Source: Chiloscyllium plagiosum
Lineage: Eukaryota
Length of the DNA: 20,000 nucleotides
Assembly (NCBI RefSeq): GCF_004010195.1
Contig: NC_057719.1
Coordinates: forward strand, 44,604,094-44,624,093
Direction of reading: 5' to 3'
The translations under genes were made by a program, and so were the position numbers. Below, piece after piece: positions 11,161-20,000 of this stretch. Every line of letters starts with the position of its first letter. Within the stretch, counting starts at the first letter, position 1. A model generated the notes under the pieces. The model ran no database searches. It was not told where the DNA came from and worked only from the letters and a program-made list of their open reading frames with translations.

Positions 11161-12218
11161 TGCCATGAAAACATGCCTTATGTCAGATAATAATTTTTCA
11201 CCCTCCAGCTAGAAACATAAATTGAACTCTGAGAAAAGACTTTTTTTTAAACTGAAGTTAGAGATGGCTATCCTAATTTGTATCACTCCACATTCCTCAT
11301 TTTAGTAAATGGAACTGGTGACAGTATGTCTGCAAAATCCCCAAAGAAAATGTCCTCTTGGGAATACGAGAGGCCCATATCTCCTGTCCCAATAACAAGG
11401 CATTGAGGCAAACACCAAAAGTGTTTCAACTGTTGAAGAAGATTTGTAAAGGCTAATCACTTGGACAATGGAGCCCTGGCTAAGTAAACTTCCAAGACAT
11501 GATCTAATGTTGGAGCACATGCACAATTTAATTATTTAAATCTAGTAAATATTTGGAGACAGAATGTCACGCAACAACCCTATGCATTTGTTTTGTCTAA
11601 ATGGCTAAGGATGAAGAGTTAAGAAACTGTGAGAGGGGACTCAAATGGGCGGTCATTCCTGTTACCCTCGCTCCCTCCAAACAACCTGGCAAGCTGCAAG
11701 CTCTGCCTGCTGCCTGTGACCATTCAGAAACACTCCCTTTGCAGGCAGAGACTTCTGAATTTAACTCAGCATAACTGGCTCCAGAAGAACATCCAAATCA
11801 TCTGTCTGCAGATTTAAAAAAATTCAGGAAACCTCAAAACTATCAAAGGAAACCTGCAGGACCACCAAATTCAGCCAAAAGTCAGATGAGCCACTACTCT
11901 ACAGATTGTGGTTACTTCCCTGGACTTTAAGTTGACCAACCAGTACTCTCCCACTCTGTAATCAATATTCATGTCTGTGAGTTGGTGTGCCCATGTGCAA
12001 AAGTTGGAACGTATTTTATTTGTTTAGATAAACTGGCTCAAATGTTTTAAAGTTAACTTTCTTTTTGTTAAACTGAAGAAAACCTGTATGGTTACTTTAT
12101 GATCAGAGCACACGAATAGTTAAGTACCCACTATGTATATCTTATTCCGATTTCTATGGTCAAACAAAAAGAGAGGAAAGAAGCAAATCACTCAAATGCT
12201 CCTCATTTTGCTGTAAGA
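11161..12218 (+). mobile_element. Probable solo LTR (1058 bp) with 4-bp TSD GTGG
   Basis: Begins TG, ends GTAAGA (one change from GTAACA). GTGG at 11157-11160 and 12219-12222. Excision restores the RT reading frame. Strand assignment is tentative. Confidence 0.75.
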
Positions 12219-12544
12219 GTGGTCAGGGTCCTTTTCATCAACATCACAGGTGTGAATATCATCAGCTTTCCTGATTGCTCTTTCACATCCTCGGTATGTG
12301 TTGTCTGCCTTCTGCTGAACACATCGCAATTTTGGCTAAACGGTATCCACATGAATTTGTGCCAGTCAAAGGGAGTCTTGGGTATTGTCAACAGTGAAGA
12401 TTGCTTGTCATGCATCATGTTGCAGTAGCCATTCCTGGTATCAAGAGTGCTGACAACCTTTGCTCCTGCCGGTGTATTTATGATCTGTTATATTATTGGA
12501 GTAGGATAGTGATTCCACTTTATTGTTTGATTAAGATCTGTAAA
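12219..12544 (-). pseudogene. Gypsy reverse transcriptase fingers/palm, decayed
   Basis: Minus strand DLNQTIKWNHYPTPII*QIINTPAGAKVVSTLDTRNGYCNM...SSLLTIPKTPF, then after a frameshift ADDIHTCDVDEKDPDH (catalytic xADD). Confidence 0.88.
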
Positions 12545-12698
12545 GAGTCTTGTAATGCAGTTGGTAACATCCTAGACTTTGGGCCAGAAGGTCTGGTTTC
12601 AAGTCCCAGTCCGGGACTTCATGGCCAAGAAAGGTGTTTTCAGAACATGACTAAGCAGAACAGGTAGTAACTTGTAAATGATTCCAACATGCATCATA
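12545..12698 (+). mobile_element. 5' part of a second tRNA-derived SINE family; probably continues at about 13034-13180
   Basis: A-box-like taatgcagttgg and B-box-like ggtttcaagtcc (12595-12606) with tRNA-like spacing. The continuation is inferred. Confidence 0.5.
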
Positions 12699-13033
12699 GG
12701 GAGGTGATGGCCTAGTGATACCATCACTAAACTATTAATCCAGAAACCCAGGTAATGTTCTGCCAGTCTGGGTTCAAATCCCTCCATGGCAGATGGAATA
12801 TAGATTCAATAAAAATCTGGAATTAAGAGTCTGATGATGACTATGAATCCATTGTCAATTGTTGTAAAAATCCATCTGGTTCACTAATATCCTTTAGGGA
12901 GGGAAACAGCCATCCTTAACTGGTCTGGCCTTCATGTGACTCCAGATCCACTGACTCTTAACTGCCATCTGGGATTGGCAATAAATGCGGCCTGGCCAGT
13001 GATACCCTCATCCCATGAATGAATTTAAAAAAA
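12699..13033 (+). mobile_element. Near full-length tRNA-derived SINE
   Basis: A box tggcctagtga 12708-12718, B box ggttcaaatcc 12771-12781, 3' end cccatgaatgaatttaaaaaaa. Two other copies in the window. Confidence 0.85.
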
Positions 13034-13749
13034 CTTAAATAGGCAATAAAAGTGAGAGCAATTCCCAGTTATCTATGGAAACAAAATTGGAAAATTGGTC
13101 TGTACCATCACAGTCATAGCTCTGGACTATCATGCGCATGTTGCCATGGCAATTCAGACTCCTTGAGTGGGATATAATGGCTAGACAGTCAATGTAGATC
13201 AGCTTGATATTAATAGCATTGGATTTGATCCTTATTCCAGCTGGAATAGATTTGGAACATGCCAGCATACCCAGGGTGGAGATTCTGGTGTTTTGGGTCA
13301 GACATGCTTGCAGGCAGAGAACTACTGATGAAGAAAGATCTTCAGAATTCAATCAATTTCTTAACAGTTTATTTGGCTTATCAGTGGAATTTAACCAAAG
13401 TATAGGTTCTGTATCTCTGGTATTCACCTTCTTTTCTTCCATCTCCTGAAATTATTTTTCAAGCTTTGTTTTTTAGTTCTATGATTAATTTTCATAGGGG
13501 CAAATCATTGATCTTATTGCTGAGCCAAAATCTTCAAAGCATCCAACAGTCTTACCATAACATGTTGGGTATATTTTGAACAGATCTTCCTGGCTTCAAA
13601 CCTGAAGTCATTTTTCAATGAATGTGCTATTCCCCCTCAGTGTCACCTACTTCACCTCATAGTTTAAGGAGATAGGTAATTGCAACCATTCAACTGTCGG
13701 AAAGTGGGACCATATGTTTTATGCATCTCTCTGATTTGGCTTGTTTGTA

Positions 13750-14142
13750 GCTTTGACCTGAATGATGTTGCATTCTTGAATGTTGTTGGAACTGAACCCA
13801 TCCAGGCATGTGGGGAATATGTCATCACATTCTTGACTTGTGTCTTGTAGATGATGGACAGGCTTTGGGGTGTGAGGGGGTCAGTTGCACATCACCAAAT
13901 TTTAGCTTCTGACTGGTTCTTGTAGCCACAGTATTTATATAGATGGTCCAGTTAATATTGGTGTATAAGGATGTTGATTGCAGGGAATTCAGCAATGGTA
14001 ATTCTATTCAAAAGTGGATGGTTAGATTCTTTCTTGTTCAATGTGGTCTTGTGTGGCTCAGATGTTACTTGCTACATATCAGCATAAACCTGGATAATAT
14101 CCAAGTCTTACTCATTTTGATGCTGGCTGTTTCAGTACCTGA
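13750..14142 (-). mobile_element. CR1/L2-group LINE RT C-terminal fragment, different family from 5504-6437
   Basis: Minus strand NWTIYINTVATR...LTPQSLSIIYKTQVKNVMTYSPHAWMG...IQVKA. Confidence 0.75.
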
Positions 14143-14409
14143 CAAAACATGCAATTTTGTGATATTTCTGCGTATGACAGTTCCCAGAGAAAAGGAAGAC
14201 ATATGACTATTTAATTCAGTAAGAAAGTGAAAAATAAGCAGACAGCCATAAATCTGAAGCTGAAACTTGATACCAAAGCACAGAGTAATATTGTCCCTCT
14301 CAAACTGTACTGGAAAATATTGAAAATGTGAAAGAAACTGGTTATCCAAGGAAAGGTGCTCTGATACCAAAAACCATCATGCTAACAGCATATGGGAGAA
14401 CTGAGATTG

Positions 14410-14529
14410 GACAGCTCCTGCAATGCATCTTGTAGATGGTACACACAACTACCACTATGCATCAGAGATGAGGAGGTGACCGCTGAAGGCAGTATGAGGG
14501 GCTCAAATCAAACAAGCTGCTTTGTTCTG
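14410..14529 (-). mobile_element. More C-terminal fragment of the same LINE family as 13750-14142
   Basis: Minus strand QNKAACLI...VCTIYKMHC. Confidence 0.6.
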
Positions 14530-14761
14530 CACATATTTACCAAGTAAGGTGGCTTCCCACAAGTTCTGCAGCTTAGTATGAATATGGAATATTTCCTTCT
14601 GTCTGTGAACTTGAGGTTGTCCACAGGTTTTGGATATCTATTACTCTGTCTGGTTTGCAATCTTTTGTTGCTGTTCATTGCATTAACTGGTGATGAGGAG
14701 GTAGTGTCCCAGGATATCTCACTTGATACTATTGCAAAAATGCTGCCTCTTCCACAATTTA

Positions 14762-14865
14762 GGTCAGCTCTGATGAAGAAATTCCTAGACTGGAAAGGTT
14801 AGCTTGCTTTCTCTCCATAGATGCTGCCTGACCCATTGTGATCTCCACTTTTTGTTTTCAGTACA
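14762..14865 (+). mobile_element. Penelope-like element terminal (pLTR) remnant with degenerate hammerhead motif
   Basis: CTGATGA...GAAA.GTT followed by ctctccatagatgctgcctgaccc, recalled as a common elasmobranch Penelope-type end. Confidence 0.55.
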
Positions 14866-14894
14866 GCTTTGAGAATCCTTAGTAATTTGCTCTG

Positions 14895-15490
14895 ACAGGG
14901 TGTCAAATAGGTTGGGTATGAGGGTGCCAGAAAAGGAGGGTGTCATCTGAGTAGGAGTAGGACACAAGGTGGATAGGATACTAAGTGGGATGCTAATGGG
15001 GTAGGGGATATGATGCTAGGTTAGAAGGATAGCAACTGAGTAGGGTGCCAGATTACCAAGTAAGTAGCATGCCAAATAGATGGGAGAGAGGGCACAAGCT
15101 GGATAGGATGCCAAGTGGGAAGAATGTAGGTGCCAAATGGGTAGTATACCTGCATGTAAGATGTCACTGATGCAGCGTGTAGAGTAAGTCAAGTTGGGTG
15201 GGAGAAATCAGGTCCATTTGCAAGTGTGAGTGTCAGGCCTGAGGGATTCAAGTCCAAGAGTGTTGGGAAAATGTGATTGGATTGGGTCTAGCAGGGGTAA
15301 GTAGATTGAGTTGGGTTGGGTCCGGTGTGAAGAGTCGGGGTTTTTGGGTTGGGTCTGACAGCGGAGGAGAGGAGTCCATCTGTTAGAAGTGGTGGGGGGG
15401 AGTGGGTTTTGGGTACCAGAAGGATGAGTGTCAGTGGGTTGTCTATTCAGGGTCTGAGAGTGGAATAGGGTGGTGTGGTTGGGATTTTGT
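14895..15490 (+). repeat. G-rich degenerate tandem-repeat region
   Basis: Strong G skew with recurring gggtgccag / ggatgccaag units. cacaag.tggataggat.c.aagtggga occurs twice (about 14963-14990 and 15093-15120). Confidence 0.6.
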
Positions 15491-16228
15491 GACGAACTGC
15501 ATGACAAATGTCCTCCATTCATTCAAATTCCTGCTTCTTTATGTTTATATTATTCAGAAGCATCTTGCTACTTGTTGAACTCAACCTTTCAATTGAAATA
15601 ATGAAATGCCCCAAACCTCTGCTGTTGTTGCAAATTTACATGTTGCTTTTATAATGTCTGTTGTCATTTAGCTTCAGAATTTAAATTTTTTTAAAAATTG
15701 AACATGACAGAGTAGCACACATCTTTACATATTATAAGTAGGTGTTATATTTCAAATTTGACATTGTTTTAAGGACTATCAGCAACTTATCTTTAACAGG
15801 ACCCCGGCAATTGGCAAGGACAATGCGTTGTGTTCAGTACTCATATTGAAAGAGGATGAGACATAAGATTTGTAATTTCTCTAGATATTAACATGGGAAG
15901 AGCCAATTTAGTATCTCTGAGGTCTGTCCTGAGGTCTTTGTCAAGAGATGGGAAAACAAAGGTTATGTTGTCTTTACGTTAAGGAGACCCATCTCTGCTG
16001 ATCTTTCTCCAGTTCCATGTATGGGCTGTCTAATGCTTGACTGGATTACCAAATATTTTTCAGTTGTTTTGTCCACATTTTATTCAGTGCTGCCTGTCCC
16101 CAGACGTTCTTATTAGGTACCCCTTCTCATAACTACTTTTACTAATTCAGTTGATGTTTTTCCTCATATAAACAAAATATGAAATAAAAGAACTCTGAGC
16201 ACATGAAAAAGTAATGATAATAGTCATA

Positions 16229-16620
16229 AATCGGAAAGGTCAATGATTTTTTTTCTGCTTTCTCACACTCACTCAACTTCTTCTCAGCTCCCACTAAATC
16301 TCAAGGTCTATTACTTTTACTAGTGCATTCAACATCTTCCCTCCCTTGCTGTAACGCTTCCCAACCCCACCCATCACATCTAATTCTGCATGGCCTCTGT
16401 GCTGCCTACTCATTCATTCAGGATGACTCAACCCATTTCCTCTCTCTGCACCAGCACTAACATTAGTTCCAACCACTTTCATTTCACTTGATTCCACATT
16501 TTCTCTTATTCCAGAAGAAAATGGCTCTCATTAGTGCAGAAAGAGTACAAGATGGGGGTGTTAGGTGTCTAACATTTGGCTCCCCAGCCTCCATGTGGAG
16601 AGGAACTGACTGAAGGCTGC
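16229..16620 (+). pseudogene. Possible PIF/Harbinger Myb/SANT-like gene remnant with intron
   Basis: cggaaaggtcaatgatttt resembles (C)RK.VNDL. After the acceptor ttttctcttattccag (16514) it reads KKMALISAERVQDGG, resembling recalled K.AHN.RER..TGGG. Confidence 0.4.
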
Positions 16621-17007
16621 CTCCCTTGAGTTGACCAAGGATACCCCCCTCCTTAGAGTTGAGACATGCCCATTTGGTGAAGCACAAGCAGTGTGGTTGC
16701 CATGTACACTGCTGGTATGTGTTACAGATGTGAGGTTGATGTAACATTGTGACAGGCAGCAACATGTCCACGCTCTTGATTCATCACTGCTGACAAGCAT
16801 GAGAAACCACCTGGCCTTGTGTCTGCACTAAAAGGCAAGTCACAACAAAGCTACTGTGAGACTTTAACTTCTAGATGAGGGGACAAAGTGTAAAAATGCA
16901 AGTCAAGGCATGGTCTGGCAAGCAAAACAGGGCAGGACAGACATGCAGTGAGCATCCAAGTAGGTGTGCACAAAGCGACCAATCAAGGAGCTCTGAAGGG
17001 GGGATCT

Positions 17008-17017
17008 AAGATGGCGG
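17008..17017 (+). promoter_or_regulatory. YY1 consensus site at the L1 5' end
   Basis: AAGATGGCGG at +11..+20 from the first G. Confidence 0.7.
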
Positions 17018-17170
17018 CGATCTGAGAAGATCACACTGCAGAGCTTCGCATCGCAGCAGGAGCAGGACGGTCCTTTAACCCACCCAACTCAGGTCATCAG
17101 GATTTCTTGAGGCGTTGGAAAGATTGTGAAGCCCCAAGAAACATTTAAAAATTGACTTATCTGTATTTAA

Positions 17171-17977
17171 AAGGGAGGAGGAGCATCTGAGGCCGGGCCT
17201 GCAGCTCAGCCTGCAGCAGCCTCAGAGCCGATTGCTCTCCAGGACCTGGTGAACCAGCTCTCGAAATCTTGCGAGATGTTAGGGAAACAGATTGAAGAGA
17301 AGCTGGCTCCAGTCTCTCTCATGCTGCAGAAGCATGAGCAGCAGCTGGGAGACATGGAGAAGAGGACAGATGAGGTGGAGCACAGGGTCACAGCGGTGGA
17401 AGCTGATGCCAGTTCATTCAAGGAAGAGATCCAAGCCCTGAAGACACAGGTTCATAATTTGCATGACCAAGTGGATGATCTTGAAAACAGGGGCAGGAGA
17501 AAAAACATTCGGATCATCGGTCTGCCTGAGGGTAAGGAAAGTGAGCAGCCTGCAGAATTTGTTGAAGATTGGCTTCCGAAATTCCTTGACTTGGAGGCTG
17601 GCATGAGAGGATTGAAGATAGAGAGGGCTCATTGGGTCGTAGCACGGAGATCGGGTCTGGGTCAACGCCCTCCTCCTTTCCTGGTGCGGTTCCATCATTA
17701 CCGGGATAAGGAGAGAGTCATGGAGGCTTCCAGATTCCAGGTGAAGGATCCAAAGGCCCTAGTTTACGAGGGGTCTAAGATCATGTTTTTTCAGGACTTT
17801 TCAGCGGCAGTGGTCCAGAAACGAAAATCGTATGATGGTGTCAAGAGAAGACTGAAGGAGCTTGGGATTCAGTACTCCCTGTGATATCTGGCAGTGCTTC
17901 GGATCACCTTAGATGGATCCATGCATCTCTTTGACACATCAGAGAAGGCAAGAGACTTTGTGGACAAACTAACCTAA
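17171..17977 (+). pseudogene. L1 ORF1p (coiled coil-RRM-CTD, Transposase_22 type), disabled
   Basis: DDLENRGRRKNIRIIGLPEG, IERAH, FFQDFS. In-frame TGA at 17882-17884, after which the frame continues YLAVLRITLDGSMHLFDTSEKARDFVDKLT*. No ATG at the expected start. Confidence 0.92.
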
Positions 17978-18582
17978 TTTAACCAATTGTAGTATGTATA
18001 AATATTGTTGCTTGGGTATGCGTTTATCATTCTGTAAAAGAAATGGAGGAAATCCGGTTGGAGCTTTGTTTTTCCCCCTTTTTTTCCTCTATTGAGAATA
18101 ATTTGGTTTAAACTATGTCTGGCGGTGGTTAAGATGTATATTTTAAATTTCTAGGTTAGGACATACCAAAGGATGGGTGGGGTATTTATTCCCCCTTTTT
18201 TAATAAAAGAATGTTTTTTTTATTCATATTGATATTCTATGGGGTGTTTATTCTTTTTAGCTTGAGCTTGCGATGCAGCTCTAGCTGGGAGAAGTGAAGG
18301 TGGTTGAGATGGTTAGATGCCTATTTATGGGCAGTTCGGGACGGGTAGTTGCCCCCTCTGGGCAGAGGATGAGTTCCCCTACTCAGCCCTATTGGCGATT
18401 TATATGTTGGTTTGTTTTCTGGTTTTTGTTGTTTTTTATTTTTAATAATTTTGTATCTTTGTTAAATGTAGTGGTTTTAGTTTATGTAGTTTTTATATTT
18501 GATGGACCATGCGACACTAAGGCTCAGCAATTTGTGGTTCGGGTTCCTCCTCTCTGGAATTTAAATGTAATTGCAGAAGATT

Positions 18583-20000
18583 ATGGCTAATGATTTGATT
18601 AAATGGTGTACCTGGAATATCAAGGGAAGTCACTCACCAATTAAGAGGAAGAAGGTACTCTTGAGTCTTAGAAAGGAGAAGGTGGATATTGCTTTGTTAC
18701 AGGAGACACATTTGGATGACAAGGAGCATCTGAAATTACAGCAGAATGGCTTTGACCGAGTTTATTTTTCTTCATTTAGTACCAGAAGTAGGGGAGTGGC
18801 TATATTGGTAAGGAAAAATCTCTCATTTAAATTGTTGGAGTGTGTTAAAGACTCGTACATGAGGTTTGTAATTCTTAAAGCCTTGATAAATGGGAAAGAA
18901 TATGGCATTTTAAATGTTTATTGTCCCCTAGCTCATCCTCTTAAATTCTTGGTAGATGCTTTTTCTAAACTGATAAGTCTCAAGTCTCGGCACATCATTA
19001 AAGGGGGAGATTTTAACTGCCTCATGGACCCCACAGTAGACAGATTGCCTAAAGTTCCCTCGATACCCTCTGCACAAACTAAACAGTTATTGGGTTTGTG
19101 TGGGGAATTAGGATTGGTGGACGTCTGGAAGTGTCTCCACCCTACAGGTAAGGATTTCACATTTTTCTCCAATCCGCATAGATGTCACACAAGGATTGAT
19201 TTTTTTCTGACCCCTGAGGTAACCCTAGATCTGGTGGCATCCTGTCCAATTGGTAATATTGCCATCTCTGATCATGCTCCAGTGTACCTCATGGTTAAAA
19301 TTAAGTATGTTATAGTGGATTCAAGGTACTGGCAAATGGACCCCTTTATTCTCAATTTTGTGGAGTGTTTCTCTAGGGAATTTTGGGCATTCCCAGACAT
19401 CAACATAGGCTCGGTTGATAGCTCATCTGTTCTCTGGGAAACTGCCAAAGCTTATGCCAGAGGGTTCGTTATTTCATATTCCACAAGTAGGAAGCGGCAG
19501 AAGGGTGAGCAGCAATGTCTCCTTGAAGCACGGTTGAAGGCAGCCGAGAAGGCTGGTCAAACTACAGAGGTTTATGGTACTGTGATCTACACTAAATTCC
19601 GTGATCACGCAGACGGCAAAGAAGGAGCTGGCTTTTGCAAAGCAAAGGTTATACGAGCATGGTGACAAGCCAGGCAAATACTTAGCATACCTTGCCAGAA
19701 AGGGAAGTGCCCTCAAACCATTACAGCGATTAGGGAAGGGTCTGGGAACCTAACATGTGATTCTAAAAAGATTAATGTGGCATTCCAGAGATTCTACTCT
19801 AAGTTATATCAGTCTGAGAATTGTGAGGAGGGGCAGGCCAAAATGGAATCCTTTTTTAGAGATCTGAAGCTCCCGGGTGTGACTCCCGAACAACAGTCCC
19901 TTCTCAATGCCCCATTATCAGAGCAAGAAGTGCAGGAAGCTGTGAGGCAGCTTCAGAGTAGAAAGGCGCCCGGTCCTGACGGACTTCCCAGTGAATTCTA
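18583..20000 (+). pseudogene. L1 ORF2p: APE endonuclease and linker up to the Z region, disabled
   Basis: TWNIKG, LQETH, GGDFN, RIDFF, SDH. Frameshift near 19553, a stop near 19584 and a frameshift near 19712, with YEHGDKPGKYLA between them. Then FYSKLY and KAPGPDGLPSEF. Confidence 0.95.

Larger units (their letters stand above)
16998..20000 (+). mobile_element. L1-clade LINE, 5' end intact, runs off the window
   Basis: G6 start, short CpG-rich 5' UTR, L1-type ORF1, about 605-bp spacer, and APE-endonuclease ORF2 up to KAPGPDG. Confidence 0.95.

Noticed and set aside
11302..11526. Initially read as Gypsy RT
   Set aside because: Lies inside the TSD-flanked insert. The true RT motifs are at 12219-12544.
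13325..13350. Second CTGATGA hammerhead-like core
   Set aside because: No correctly placed GAAA after a helix II and no helix I or III.
15799..15865. Possible exon after tctttaacag
   Set aside because: Short frames ending in stops, no donor, unrecognised peptides.
18294..18590. Hydrophobic 98-aa ORF between L1 ORF1 and ORF2
   Set aside because: Non-ATG start, and hydrophobicity is explained by the T-rich spacer.

Overview
Eukaryotic, AT-rich, repeat-dense DNA, most likely from a cartilaginous fish (shark), judged from a young full-length HE1 V-SINE and HER1/CR1-type LINE 3' ends. No intact host gene can be supported. The window is a stack of nested retroelements. (1) A decayed Ty3/Gypsy pol on the minus strand (about 8040-12544; RT-RNaseH-integrase) is interrupted by a truncated LTR-like block, an HE1 SINE and a 1058-bp solo LTR with a 4-bp TSD. 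(2) The 5' part of an L1-clade LINE runs from 16998 to the window end, with a YY1-type 5' motif and disabled ORF1 and ORF2. (3) Smaller pieces include a TSD-flanked L1-like 3' UTR, CR1-group fragments, several tRNA-derived SINEs and a Penelope-type end with a degenerate hammerhead motif. The most unusual structure is a perfect 131-bp copy of nearby DNA fused to the 5' end of the HE1 SINE. Family names rest on manual translation and recalled consensus motifs, not on database searches.
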